A stretch of 64,000 bases of DNA, taken from positions 8,788,844 through 8,852,843 of the forward strand of contig CM082588.2 of the NCBI GenBank assembly GCA_040954595.2. Reading direction: 5' to 3'. The position numbers and the translations under genes were made by a program. This document shows, piece by piece, positions 22,062 to 37,200 of this stretch. The stretch is from Balanoglossus misakiensis (taxonomy: Eukaryota > Animalia > Hemichordata). Numbering within the stretch: the stretch's first letter is position 1; every line of letters starts with the position of its first letter. The notes beneath the pieces were generated by a model. That model was not told the DNA's origin, searched no databases, and saw nothing but the letters and a program-made list of their open reading frames with translations.

Positions 22062-25000
22062 CGTGTTGTCTTTCTAATTCTGCGGGGACTTGAGCTTGGT
22101 CCCGCCGCGGTAGCAGGGAGACGTCGCACACTAGCTGCACTTCCTTCCCCTGTTCCCATGCGTTATATACCACGCCTGCTTAAAGGACACCGACTTGGCG
22201 CGTTGTCTTTCTAATTCGGCGGGGACTTGAGCTTGGTCCCGCCGAGGTAGCAGGGAGACGTCGCACACTAGCTGCCCTTCCTTCTCTTGTTCCCATGCGT
22301 TATATACCACGCCTGCTTAAAGGACACCGACTTGGCGCGTTGTCTTTCTAATTCGGTGGGGACTTGAGCTTGGTCCCTCCGAGGTAACCGGGAGATGTCG
22401 CACACTAGCTGCCCTTCCTTCCCCTGTTCCCATGCGTTATATACCACGCCTGCTTAAAGGACACCGACTTAGCGCGTTGTCTTTCTAATTCGGCGGGGAC
22501 TTGAGCTTGGTCCCGCCGAGGTAACAGGGAGACGTCGCACACTAGCTGCACTTCCTTCCCCTGTTCCCATGCGTTATATACCACGCCTGCTTAAAGGACA
22601 CCGACTTAGCACGTTGTCTTTCTAATTCGGCGGGGACTTGCGCTTGGTCCCGCCGAGGTAACCGGGACACGACGCACACTAGCTGCCCTTCCTTCCCCTG
22701 TTCCCATGCGTTATATACCACGCCTGCTTAAAGGACACCGACTTAGCGCGTTGTCTTTCTAATTCGGCGAGGACTTGAGCTTGGTCCCGCCGAGGTAACC
22801 GGGACACGACGCACACTAGCTGCCCTTCCTTCCCCTATTCCCATGCGTTATATACCACGCCTGCTTAAAGGACACCGACTTAGCGCGTTGTCTTTCTAAT
22901 TCGTCGGGGACTTGAGCTTGGTCCCGCCGAGGTAACCGGGAGACGTCGCACACTAGCTGCCCTTCCTTCCCCTGTTCCCATGCGTTATATATCACGCCTG
23001 TTTAAAGGACACCGACTTAGCGCGTTGTCTTTCTAATTCGGCGGGGACTTGAGCTTGGTCCCGCCGAGGTAACAGGGGAGACGTCGCACACTAGCTGCAC
23101 TTCCTTCTGCTGTTCCAATGCGTTATATACCGCGCCTTCTTAAGGACACAGACTTTGCGCATTGTCTCTCTTATTCGGCGGGGACTTGAGCTTGGTCCCG
23201 CCGAGGTAACCGGGAGACGTCGCACACTAGCTGCCCTTCCTTTTCCTGTTCCCATACGTTATATACCACGCCTGCTTAAAGGACACCGACTTAGCACGTT
23301 GTCTTTTTAATTCGGCGGGGACTTGAGCTTGGTCCCGACGAGGTAGCGGGGAGACGTCGCACACTAGCTGCCCTTCCTTCTCTTGTTCCCATGCGTTATA
23401 TACCACGCCTGCTTAAAGGACACCGACTTAGCGCGTTGTCTTTTTAATTCGGCGGAGAATTGAGCTTGGTCCCGTCGAGGTAGCGGGGAGATGTCGTACA
23501 CTAGCTGCCCTTCCTTCCCCTGTTCCAATGCATTATATACCACGCCTGCTTAAAGGACACCGACTTAGCGCCTTGTCTTTATAATTCTGTGGGGACTTGA
23601 GCTTGGTTCCGCAGAGGCAGCCAGGACACGACGCACACTAGCTGCCCTTCCTTCCCCTGTTCCCATGCTTTATATATCACGCCTGTTTAAAGGACACCGA
23701 CTTTCGCGTTGTCTTTCTAATTCGGCGGGAACTTGAGCTTGGTCCCCCCGAGGTAACAGGGACACGACGCACACTAGCTGCCCTTCCTTCCCCTATTCCC
23801 ATGCGTTATATACCACGCCTGCTTAAAGGACACCGACTTAGCGCGTTGTCTTTCTAATTCGGCGGGGACTTGAGCTTGGTCCCGCCGAGGTAACCGGGAG
23901 ACGTCGCACACTAGCTGCCCTTCCTTCCCCTGTTCCCATGCGTTATATATCACGCCTGTTTAAAGGACACCGACTTAGCGCGTTGTCTTTCTAATTCGGC
24001 GGGGACTTGAGCTTGGTCCCGCCGAGGTAGTGGGGAGACGTCGCACACTAGCTGTCCTTCCTTCCCCTGTTCCAATGCGTTATATACCGCGCCTTCTTAA
24101 GGACACAGACTTTGCGCATTGTCTCTCTTATTCGGCAGGGACTTGAGCTTGGTCCCGCCGAGGTAGCCGGGAGACGTAGCACACTAGCTGCCCTTCCTTC
24201 TCTTGTTCCCATGCGTTATATACCACGCCTGCTTAAAGGACACCGACTTAGCGCGTTGTCTTTTTAATTCGGCGGAGAATTGAGCTTGGTCCCGTCGAGG
24301 TAGCGGGGAGATGTCGTACACTAGCTGCCCTTCCTTCCCCTGTTCCAATGCATTATATACCACGCCTGCTTAAAGGACACCGACTTAGCACGTTGTCTTT
24401 CTAATTCGGCGGGGACTTGAGCTTGGTCCCGCCGAGGTAACCGGGACACGACGCACACTAGCTGCCCTTCCTTCCCCTATTCCCCTGCGTTATATACCAC
24501 GCCTGCTTAAAGGACACCGACTTAGCGCGTTGTCTTTTTAATTCGGCGGGGACTTGATCTTGGTCTCGCCGAGGTAACCGGGAGACGTCGCACACTAGCT
24601 GCCCTTCCTTCCCCTGTTCCAATGCGTTATATACCGCGCCTTCTTAAGGACACATACTTTGCGCATTGTCTCTCTTATTCGGCGGGGACTTGAGCTTGGT
24701 CCCGCCGAGGTAACCGGGAGACGTCGCACACTAGCTGCCCTTCCTTCCCCTGTTCCCATGCGTTATATATCACGCATGTTTAAAGGACACCGACTTAGCG
24801 CGTTGTCTTTCTAATTCGGCGGGGACTTGAGCTTGGTCCCGCCGAGGTAGTGGGGAGACGTCGCACACTAGCTGCCCTTCCTTCCCCTGTTCCCATGCGT
24901 TATATACCACGCCTGCTTAAAGGACACCGACTTAGCGCGTTGTCTTTCTCATTCGGCGGGGACTCTAGCTTGGTCCCGCCGAGGTAACAGGGAGACGTCG

Positions 25001-28000
25001 CACACTAGCTGCACTTCCTTCCCCTGTTCCCATGCGTTATATACCACGCCTGCTTAAAGGACACCGACTTAGCACGTTGTCTTTCTAATTCGGCGGGGAC
25101 TTGAGCTTGGTCCCGCCGAGGTAACCGGGACACGACGCACACTAGCTGCCCTTCCTTCCCCTATTCCCATGCGTTATATACCACGCCTGCTTAAAGGACA
25201 CCGACTTAACGCGTTGTCTTTCTAATTCGGCGGGGACTTGAGCTTGGTCCCGCCGAGGTAACCGGGAGACGTCGCACACTAGCTGCCCTTCCTTCCCCTG
25301 TTCCCATGCGTTATATATCACGCCTGCTTAAAGGACACCGACTTAGCGCGTTGTCTTTTTAATTCGGCGGAGAATTGAGCTTGGTCCCGCCGAGGTAGTG
25401 GGGAGACGTCGCACACTAGCTGCCCTTCCTTCCCCTGTTCCAATGCGTTATATACCGCGCCTTCTTAAGGACACAGACTTTGCGCATTGTCTCTCTTATT
25501 CGGCGGGGACTTGAGCTTGGTCCCGCCGAGGTAACCGGGAGACGTCGCACACTAGCGGCCCTTCCTTTTCCTGTTCCCATGCGTTATATACCACACCTGC
25601 TTAAAGGACACCGACTTAGCGCGTTGTCTTTCTAATTCGGCGGCGACTTGAGCTTGGTCCCGCCGAGGTAACAGGGGAGACGTCGCACACTAGCTGCACT
25701 TCCTTTCCCTGTTCCCATGCGTTATATACCACGCCTGCTTAAAGGACACCGACTTAGCACGTTGTCTTTTTAATTCGGCGGGGACTTGAGCTTGGTCCCG
25801 CCGAGGTAGCCGGGAGACGTCGCACACTAGCTGCCCTTCCTTCTCTTGTTCCCATGCGTTATATACCACGCCTGCTTAAAGGACACCGACTTAGCGTGTT
25901 GTCTTTCTAATTCTGCGGGGACTTGAGCTTGGTCCCGCCGCGGTAGCAGGGAGACGTCGCACACTAGCTGCACTTCCTTCCCCTGTTCCCATGCGTTATA
26001 TACCACGCCTGCTTAAAGGACACCGACTTGGCGCGTTGTCTTTCTAATTCGGCGGGGACTTGAGCTTGGTCTCGCCGAGGTAACCGGGAGACGTCGCACA
26101 CTAGCTGCCTTTCCTTCCCCTGTTCCCGTGCGTTATATACCACGCCTGCTTAAAGGACACCGACTTAGCGTGTTGTCTTTCTAATTCTGCGGGGACTTGA
26201 GCTTGGTCCCGTCGCGGTAGCAGGGAGACGTCGCACACTAGCTGCACTTCCTTCCCCTGTTCCCATGCGTTATATACCACGCCTGCTTAAAGGACACCGA
26301 CTTGGCGCGTTGTCTTTCTAATTCGGCGGGGACTTGAGCTTGGTCCCGCCGAGGTAGCAGGGAGACGTCGCACACTAGCTGCCCTTCCTTCTCTTGTTCC
26401 CATGCGTTATATACCACGCCTGCTTAAAGGACACCGACTTGGCGCGTTGTCTTTCTAATTCGGTGGGGACTTGAGCTTGGTCCCTCCGAGGTAACCGGGA
26501 GATGTCGCACACTAGCTGCCCTTCCTTCCCCTGTTCCCATGCGTTATATACCACGCCTGCTTAAAGGACACCGACTTAGCGCGTTGTCTTTCTAATTCGG
26601 CGGGGACTTGAGCTTGGTCCCGCCGAGGTAACAGGGAGACGTCGCACACTAGCTGCACTTCCTTCCCCTGTTCCCATGCGTTATATACCACGCCTGCTTA
26701 AAGGACACCGACTTAGCACGTTGTCTTTCTAATTCGGCGGGGACTTGCGCTTGGTCCCGCCTAGGTAACCGGGACACGACGCACACTAGCTGCCCTTCCT
26801 TCCCCTATTCCCATGCGTTATATACCACGCCTGCTTAAAGGACTCCGACTTAGCGCCTTGTCTTTATAATTCTGTGAGGACATGATCTTGGTTCCGCAGA
26901 GGCAGCCAGGACACGACGCACACTAGCTGCCCTTCATTCCCCTGTTCCCATGCGTTATATATCACGCCTGTTTGAAGGACACCGACTTAGCGCGTTGTCT
27001 TTCTAATTCGGCGAGGACTTGAGCTTGGTCCCGCCGAGGTAACCGGGACACGACGCACACTAGCTGCCCTTCCTTCCCCTATTCCCATGCGTTATATACC
27101 ACGCCTGCTTAAAGGACACCGACTTAGCGCGTTGTCTTTCTAATTCGTCGGGGACTTGAGCTTGGTCCCGCCGAGGTAACCGGGAGACGTCGCACACTAG
27201 CTGCCCTTCCTTCCCCTGTTCCCATGCGTTATATATCACGCCTGTTTAAAGGACACCGACTTAGCGCGTTGTCTTTCTAATTCGGCGGGGACTTGAGCTT
27301 GGTCCCGCCGAGGTAACAGGGGAGACGTCGCACACTAGCTGTACTTCCTTCCCCTGTTCCAATGCGTTATATACCGCGCCTTCTTAAGGACACAGACTTT
27401 GCGCATTGTCTCTCTTATTCGGCGGGGACTTGAGCTTGGTCCCGCCGAGGTAACCGGGAGACGTCGCACACTAGCTGCCCTTCCTTTTCCTGTTCCCATA
27501 CGTTATATACCACGCCTGCTTAAAGGACACCGACTTAGCACGTTGTCTTTTTAATTCGGCGGGGACTTGAGCTTGGTCCCGACGAGGTAGCGGGGAGACG
27601 TCGCACACTAGCTGCCCTTCCTTCTCTTGTTCCCATGCGTTATATACCACGCCTGCTTAAAGGACACCGACTTAGCGCGTTGTCTTTTTAATTCGGCGGA
27701 GAATTGAGCTTGGTCCCGTCGAGGTAGCGGGGAGATGTCGTACACTAGCTGCCCTTCCTTCCCCTGTTCCAATGCATTATATACCACGCCTGCTTAAAGG
27801 ACACCGACTTAGCGCCTTGTCTTTATAATTCTGTGGGGACTTGAGCTTGGTTCCGCAGAGGCAGCCAGGACACGACGCACACTAGCTGCCCTTCATTCCC
27901 CTGTTCAAATGCGTTATATATCACGCCTGTTTGAAGGACACCGACTTAGCGCGTTGTCTTTCTAATTCGGCGGGGACTTGAGCTTGGTCCCGCCGAGGTT

Positions 28001-28299
28001 GTGGGGAGACGTCGCACACTAGCTGCCCTTCCTTCCCCTGTTCCCATGCGTTATATACCACGCCTGCTTAAAGGACACCGACTTAGCGCGTTGTCTTTCT
28101 AATTCGGCGAGGACTTGAGCTTGGTCCCGCCGAGGTAACCGGGACACGACGCACACTAGCTGCCCTTCCTTCCCCTATTCCCATGCGTTATATACCACGC
28201 CTGCTTAAAGGACACCGACTTAGCGCGTTGTCTTTCTAATTCGTCGGGGACTTGAGCTTGTTCCCGCCGAGGTAACCGGGAGACGTCGCACACTAGCTG

Positions 28300-31200
28300 C
28301 CCTTCCTTCCCCTGTTCCCATGCGTTATATATCACGCCTGTTTAAAGGACACCGACTTAGCGCGTTGTCTTTCTAATTCGGCGGGGACTTGAGCTTGGTC
28401 CCGCCGAGGTAACAGGGAGACGTCGCACACTAGCTGCCCTTCCTTCCCCTGTTCCCATGCGTTATATATCACGCCTGTTTAAAGGACACCGACTTAGCGC
28501 GTTGTCTTTCTAATTCGGCGGGGACTTGAGCTTGGTCCCGCCGAGGTAGTGGGGAGACGTCGCACACTAGCTGCCCTTCCTTCCCCTGTTCCAATGCGTT
28601 ATATACCGCGCCTTCTTAAGGACACAGACTTTGCGCATTGTCTCTCTTATTCGGCAGGGACTTGAGCTTGGTCCCGCCGAGGTAGCCGGGAGACGTAGCA
28701 CACTAGCTGCCCTTCCTTCTCTTGTTCCCATGCGTTATATACCACGCCTGCTTAAAGGACACCGACTTAGCGCGTTGTCTTTTTAATTCGGCGGAGAATT
28801 GAGCTTGGTCCCGTCGAGGTAGCGGGGAGATGTCGTACACTAGCTGCCCTTCCTTCCCCTGTTCCAATGCATTATATACCACGCCTGCTTAAAGGACACC
28901 GACTTAGCACGTTGTCTTTCTAATTCGGCGGGGACTTGAGCTTGGTCCCGCCGAGGTAACCGGGACACGACGCACACTAGCTGCCCTTCCTTCCCCTATT
29001 CCCCTGCGTTATATACCATGCCTGCTTAAAGGACACCGACTTAGCGCGTTGTCTTTCTAATTCGGCGGGGACTTGAGCTTGGTCCCGCCGAGGTAACCGG
29101 GAGACGTCGCACACTAGCTGCCCTTCCTTCCCCTGTTCCCATGCGTTATATATCACGCCTGCTTAAAGGACACCGACTTAGCGCGTTGTCTTTTTAATTC
29201 GGCGGGGACTTGATCTTGGTCTCGCCGAGGTAACCGGGAGACGTCGCACACTAGCTGCCCTTCCTTCCCCTGTTCCAATGCGTTATATACCGCGCCTTCT
29301 TAAGGACACATACTTTGCGCATTGTCTCTCTTATTCGGCGGGGACTTGAGCTTGGTCCCGCCGAGGTAACCGGGAGACGTCGCACACTAGCTGCCCTTCC
29401 TTCCCCTGTTCCCATGCGTTATATATCACGCCTGTTTAAAGGACACCGACTTAGCGCGTTGTCTTTCTAATTCGGCGGGGACTTGAGCTTGGTCCCGCCG
29501 AGGTAGTGGGGAGACGTCGCACACTAGCTGCCCTTCCTTCCCCTGTTCCCATGCGTTATATACCACGCCTGCTTAAAGGACACCGACTTAGCGCGTTGTC
29601 TTTCTCATTCGGCGGGGACTTGAGCTTGGTCCCGCCGAGGTAGTGGGGAGACGTCGCACACTAGCTGCCCTTCCTTCCCCTGTTCCAATGCGTTATATAC
29701 CGCGCCTTCTTAAGGACACAGACTTTGCGCATTGTCTCTCTTATTCGGCAGGGACTTGAGCTTGGTCCCGCCGAGGTAGCCGGGAGACGTAGCACACTAG
29801 CTGCCCTTCCTTCTCTTGTTCCCATGCGTTATATACCACGCCTGCTTAAAGGACACCGACTTAGCGCGTTGTCTTTTTAATTCGGCGGAGAATTGAGCTT
29901 GGTCCCGTCGAGGTAGCGGGGAGATGTCGTACACTAGCTGCCCTTCCTTCCCCTGTTCCAATGCATTATATACCACGCCTGCTTAAAGGACACCGACTTA
30001 GCACGTTGTCTTTCTAATTCGGCGGGGACTTGAGCTTGGTCCCGCCGAGGTAACCGGGACACGACGCACACTAGCTGCCCTTCCTTCCCCTATTCCCCTG
30101 CGTTATATACCACGCCTGCTTAAAGGACACCGACTTAGCGCGTTGTCTTTCTAATTCGGCGGGGACTTGAGCTTGGTCCCGCCGAGGTAACCGGGAGACG
30201 TCGCACACTAGCTGCCCTTCCTTCCCCTGTTCCCATGCGTTATATATCACGCCTGCTTAAAGGACACCGACTTAGCGCGTTGTCTTTTTAATTCGGCGGG
30301 GACTTGATCTTGGTCTCGCCGAGGTAACCGGGAGACGTCGCACACTAGCTGCCCTTCTTTCCCCTGTTCCAATGCGTTATATACCGCGCCTTCTTAAGGA
30401 CACATACTTTGCGCATTGTCTCTCTTATTCGGCGGGGACTTGAGCTTGGTCCCGCCGAGGTAACCGGGAGACGTCGCACACTAGCTGCCCTTCCTTCCCC
30501 TGTTCCCATGCGTTATATATCACGCCTGTTTAAAGGACACCGACTTAGCGCGTTGTCTTTCTAATTCGGCGGGGACTTGAGCTTGGTCCCGCCGAGGTAG
30601 TGGGGAGACGTCGCACACTAGCTGCCCTTCCTTCCCCTGTTCCCATGCGTTATATACCACGCCTGCTTAAAGGACACCGACTTAGCGCGTTGTCTTTCTC
30701 ATTCGGCGGGGACTCTAGCTTGGTCCCGCCGAGGTAACAGGGAGACGTCGCACACTAGCTGCACTTCCTTCCCCTGTTCCCATGCGTTATATACCACGCC
30801 TGCTTAAAGGACACCGACTTAGCACGTTGTCTTTCTAATTCGGCGGGGACTTGAGCTTGGTCCCGCCGAGGTAACCGGGACACGACGCACACTAGCTGCC
30901 CTTCCTTCCCCTATTCCCATGCGTTATATACCACGCCTGCTTAAAGGACACCGACTTAACGCGTTGTCTTTCTAATTCGGCGGGGACTTGAGCTTGGTCC
31001 CGCCGAGGTAACCGGGAGACGTCGCACACTAGCTGCCCTTCCTTCCCCTGTTCCCATGCGTTATATATCACGCCTGCTTAAAGGACACCGACTTAGCGCG
31101 TTGTCTTTTTAATTCGGCGGAGAATTGAGCTTGGTCCCGCCGAGGTAGTGGGGAGACGTCGCACACTAGCTGCCCTTCCTTCCCCTGTTCCAATGCGTTA

Positions 31201-34200
31201 TATACCGCGCCTTCTTAAGGACACAGACTTTGCGCATTGTCTCTCTTATTCGGCGGGGACTTGAGCTTGGTCCCGCCGAGGTAACCGGGAGACGTCGCAC
31301 ACTAGCTGCCCTTCCTTTTCCTGTTCCCATGCGTTATATACCACACCTGCTTAAAGGACACCGACTTAGCGCGATGTCTTTCTAATTCGGCGGGGACTTG
31401 AGCTTGGTCCCGCCGAGGTAACAGGGGAGACGTCGCACACTAGCTGCACTTCCTTTCCCTGTTCCCATGCGTTATATACCACGCCTGCTTAAAGGACACC
31501 GACTTAGCACGTTGTCTTTTTAATTCGGCGGGGACTTGAGCTTGGTCCCGCCGAGGTAGCCGGGAGACGTCGCACACTAGCTGCCCTTCCTTCTCTTGTT
31601 CCCATGCGTTATATACCACGCCTGCTTAAAGGACACCGACTTAGCGTGTTGTCTTTCTAATTCTGCGGGGACTTGAGCTTGGTCCCGCCGCGGTAGCAGG
31701 GAGACGTCGCACACTAGCTGCACTTCCTTCCCCTGTTCCCATGCGTTATATACCACGCCTGCTTAAAGGACACCGACTTGGCGCGTTGTCTTTCTAATTC
31801 GGCGGGGACTTGAGCTTGGTCTCGCCGAGGTAACCGGGAGACGTCGCACACTAGCTGCCTTTCCTTCCCCTGTTCCCGTGCGTTATATACCACGCCTGCT
31901 TAAAGGACACCGACTTAGCGTGTTGTCTTTCTAATTCTGCGGGGACTTGAGCTTGGTCCCGTCGCGGTAGCAGGGAGACGTCGCACACTAGCTGCACTTC
32001 CTTCCCCTGTTCCCATGCGTTATATACCACGCCTGCTTAAAGGACACCGACTTGGCGCGTTGTCTTTCTAATTCGGCGGGGACTTGAGCTTGGTCTCGCC
32101 GAGGTAGCCGGGAGACGTCGCACACTAGCTGCCCTTCCTTCTCTTGTTCCCATGCGTTATATACCACGCCTGCTTAAAGGACACCGACTTGGCGCGTTGT
32201 CTTTCTAATTAGGCGGGGACTTGATCTTGGTCTCGCCGAGGTAACCGGGAGACGTCGCACACTAGCTGCCCTTCCTTCCCCTGTTCCAATGCGTTATATA
32301 CCGCGCCTTCTTAAGGACACAGACTTTGCGCATTGTCTCTCTTATTCGGCGGGGACTTGAGCTTGGTCCCGCCGAGGTAACCGGGAGACGTCGCACACTA
32401 GCTGCCCTTCCTTTTCCTGTTCCCATGCGTTATATACCACACCTGCTTAAAGGACACCGACTTAGCGCGTTGTCTTTTTAATTCGGCGGAGAATTGAGCT
32501 TGGTCCCGCCGAGGTAGTGGGGAGACGTCGCACACTAGCTGCCCTTCCTTCCCCTGTTCCAATGCGTTATATACCGCGCCTTCTTAAGGACACAGACTTT
32601 GCGCATTGTCTCTCTTATTCGGCGGGGACTTCAGCTTGGTCCTGCCGAGGTAACCGGGAGACGTCGCACACTAGCTGCCCTTCCTTTTCCTGTTCCCATG
32701 CGTTATATACCACACCTGCTTAAAGGACACCGACTTAGCGCGATGTCTTTCTAATTCGGCGGGGACTTGAGCTTGGTCCCGCCGAGATAACAGGGGAGAC
32801 GTCGCACACTAGCTGCACTTCCTTCCCCTGTTCCCATGCGTTATATACCACGCCTGCTTAAAGGACACCGACTTAGCACGTTGTCTTTTTAATTCGGCGG
32901 GGACTTGAGCTTGGTCCCGCCGAGGTAGCCGGGAGACGTCGCACACTAGCTGCCGTTCCTTCTCTTGTTCCCATGCGTTATAAACCACGCCTTCTTAAAG
33001 GACACCGACTTAGCGCGTTGTCTTTCTAATTCGGCGGGGACTTGAGCTTGGTCCCGACGAGGTAACAGGGAGACGTCGCACACTAGCTGCACTTCCTTCC
33101 CCTGTTCCCATGCGTTATATACCACGCCTGCTTAAAGGACACCGACTTAGCACGTTGTCTTTCTAATTCGGCGGGGACTTGAGCTTGGTCCCGCCGAGGT
33201 AACCGGGACACGACGCACACTAGCTGCCCTTCCTTCCCCTATTCCCATGCGTTATATACCACGCCTGCTTAAAGGACACCGACTTAGCGCGTTGTCTTTC
33301 TAATTCGGCGGGGACTTGAGCTTGGTCCCGCCGAGGTAACCGGGAGACGTCGCACACTGGCTGCCCTTCCTTCCCCTGTTCCCATGCGTTATATATCACG
33401 CCTGTTTAAAGGACACCGACTTAGCGCGTTGTCTTTCTAATTCGGCGGGGACTTGAGCTTGGTCCCGCCGAGGTAACAGGGGAGACGTCGCACACTAGCT
33501 GCACTTCCTTCCCCTGTTCCAATGCGTTATATACCGCGCCTTCTTAAGGACACAGACTTTGCGCATTGTCTCTCTTATTCGGCGGGGACTTGAGCTTGGT
33601 CCCGCCGAGGTAACCGGGAGACGTCGCACACTAGCTGCCCTTCCTTTTCCTGTTCCCATACGTTATATACCACGCCTGCTTAAAGGACACCGACTTAGCG
33701 CGTTGTCTTTTTAATTCGGCGGAGAATTGAGCTTGGTCCCGCCGAGGTAGTGGGGAGACGTCGCACACTAGCTGCCCTTCCTTCCCCTGTTCCAATGCGT
33801 TATATACCGCGCCTTCTTAAGGACACAGACTTTGCGCATTGTCTCTCTTATTCGGCGGGAACTTGAGCTTGGTCCTGCCGAGGTAACCGGGAGACGTCGC
33901 ACACTAGCTGCCCTTCCTTTTCCTGTTCCCATGCGTTATATACCACACCTGCTTAAAGGACACCGACTTAGCGCGATGTCTTTCTAATTCGGCGGGGACT
34001 TGAGCTTGGTCCCGCCGAGATAACAGGGGAGACGTCGCACACTAGCTGCACTTCCTTCCCCTGTTCCCATGCGTTATATACCACGCCTGCTTAAAGGACA
34101 CCGACTTAGCACGTTGTCTTTTTAATTCGGCGGGGACTTGAGCTTGGTCCCGCCGAGGTAGCCGGGAGACGTCGCACACTAGCTGCCGTTCCTTCTCTTG

Positions 34201-37200
34201 TTCCCATGCGTTATATACCACGCCTGCTTAAAGGACACCGACTTAGCGCGTTGTCTTTCTAATTCGGCGGGGACTTGAGCTTGGTCCCGACGAGGTAACA
34301 GGGAGACGTCGCACACTAGCTGCACTTCCTTCCCCTGTTCCCATGCGTTATATACCACGCCTGCTTAAAGGACACCGACTTAGCACGTTGTCTTTCTAAT
34401 TCGGCGGGGACTTGAGCTTGGTCCCGCCGAGGTAACCGGGACACGACGCACACTAGCTGCCCTTCCTTCCCCTATTCCCATGCGTTATATACCACGCCTG
34501 CTTAAAGGACACCGACTTAGCGCGTTGTCTTTCTAATTCGGCGGGGACTTGAGCTTGGTCCCGCCGAGGTAACCGGGAGACGTCGCACACTGGCTGCCCT
34601 TCCTTCCCCTGTTCCCATGCGTTATATATCACGCCTGTTTAAAGGACACCAACTTAGCGCGTTGTCTTTCTAATTCGGCGGGGACTTGAGCTTGGTCCCG
34701 CCGAGGTAGTGGGGAGAAGTCGCACACTATCTGCCCTTCCTTCCCCTGTTCCAATGCGTTATAAACCGCGCCTTCTTAAGGACACAGACTTTGCGCATTG
34801 TCTCTCTTATTCGGCGGGGACTTGAGCTTGGTCCCGCCGAGGTAACCGGGAGACGTCGCACACTAGCTGCCCTTCCTTTTCCTGTTCCCATGCGTTATAT
34901 ACCACACCTGCTTAAAGGACACCGACTTAGCACGTTGTCTTTCTAATTCGGCGGGGACTTGAGCTTGGTCCCGCCGAGGTAACCGGGAGATGTCGCACAC
35001 TAGCTGCCCTTCCTTCCCCTGTTCCAATGCATTATATACCACGCCTGCTTAAAGGACACCAACTTAGCGCCTTGTCTTTATAATTCTGTGAGGACTTGAG
35101 CTTGGTTCCGCAGAGGCAGCCAGGACACGACGCACACTAGCTGCCCTTCCTTCCCCTGTTCCCATGCGTTATATATCACGCCTGTTTAAAGGACACCGAC
35201 TTATCGCGTTGTCTTTCTAATTTGGCGGGGACTTGAGCTTGGTCCCGCCGAGGTAGTGGGGAGACGTCGCACACTAGCTGCCCTTCCTTCCCCTATTCCC
35301 ATGCGTTATATACCACGCCTGCTTAAAGGAAACCGACTTAGCGCGTTGTCTTTCTATTTCGGCGGGGACTTGAGCTTGGTCCCGCCGAAGCAGTGGGGAG
35401 ACGTCGCACACTAGCTGCCCTTCCTTCCCCTGTTCCAATGCGTTATATACCGCGCCTTCTTAAGGACACAGACTTTGCGCATTGTCTTTCTAATTCGGCG
35501 GGGACTTGAGCTTGGTCCCGCCGAGGTAACCGGGAGATGTCGCACACTAGCTGCCCTTCCTTCCCCTGTTCCAATGCATTATATACCACGCCTGCTTAAA
35601 GGACACCAACTTAGCGCCTTGTCATTATAATTCTGTGGGGACTTGAGCTTGGTTCCGCAGAGGCAGCCAGGACACGACGCACACTAGCTGCCCTTCCTTC
35701 CCCTATTCCCATGCGTTATATACCACGCCTGCTTAAAGGACACCGACTTAGCGCGTTGTCTTTCTAATTCGTCGGGGACTTGAGCTTGGTCCCGCCGAGG
35801 TAACCGGGAGACGTCGCACACTAGCTGCCCTTCCTTCCCCTGTTCCCATGCGTTATATATCACGCCTGTTTAAAGGACACCGACTTAGCGCGTTGTCTTT
35901 CTAATTCGGCGGGGACTTGAGCTTGGTCCCGCCGAGGTAACAGGGAGACGTCGCACACTAGCTGCCCTTCCTTCCCCTGTTCCCATGCGTTATATATCAC
36001 GCCTGTTTAAAGGACACCGACTTAGCGCGTTGTCTTTCTAATTCGGCGGGGACTTGAGCTTGGTCCCGCCGAGGTAGTGGGGAGACGTCGCACACTAGCT
36101 GCCCTTCCTTCCCCTGTTCCAATGCGTTATATACCGCGCCTTCTTAAGGACACAGACTTTGCGCATTGTCTCTCTTATTCGGCAGGGACTTGAGCTTGGT
36201 CCCGCCGAGGTAGCCGGGAGACGTAGCACACTAGCTGCCCTTCCTTCTCTTGTTCCCATGCGTTATATACCACGCCTGCTTAAAGGACACCGACTTAGCG
36301 CGTTGTCTTTTTAATTCGGCGGAGAATTGAGCTTGGTCCCGTCGAGGTAGCGGGGAGATGTCGTACACTAGCTGCCCTTCCTTCCCCTGTTCCAATGCAT
36401 TATATACCACGCCTGCTTAAAGGACACCGACTTAGCACGTTGTCTTTCTAATTCGGCGGGGACTTGAGCTTGGTCCCGCCGAGGTAACCGGGACACGACG
36501 CACACTAGCTGCCCTTCCTTCCCCTATTCCCCTGCGTTATATACCATGCCTGCTTAAAGGACACCGACTTAGCGCGTTGTCTTTCTAATTCGGCGGGGAC
36601 TTGAGCTTGGTCCCGCCGAGGTAACCGGGAGACGTCGCACACTAGCTGCCCTTCCTTCCCCTGTTCCCATGCGTTATATATCACGCCTGCTTAAAGGACA
36701 CCGACTTAGCGCGTTGTCTTTTTAATTCGGCGGGGACTTGATCTTGGTCTCGCCGAGGTAACCGGGAGACGTCGCACACTAGCTGCCCTTCCTTCCCCTG
36801 TTCCAATGCGTTATATACCGCGCCTTCTTAAGGACACATACTTTGCGCATTGTCTCTCTTATTCGGCGGGGACTTGAGCTTGGTCCCGCCGAGGTAACCG
36901 GGAGACGTCGCACACTAGCTGCCCTTCCTTCCCCTGTTCCCATGCGTTATATATCACGCCTGTTTAAAGGACACCGACTTAGCGCGTTGTCTTTCTAATT
37001 CGGCGGGGACTTGAGCTTGGTCCCGCCGAGGTAGTGGGGAGACGTCGCACACTAGCTGCCCTTCCTTCCCCTGTTCCCATGCGTTATATACCACGCCTGC
37101 TTAAAGGACACCGACTTAGCGCGTTGTCTTTCTCATTCGGCGGGGACTTGAGCTTGGTCCCGCCGAGGTAGTGGGGAGACGTCGCACACTAGCTGCCCTT

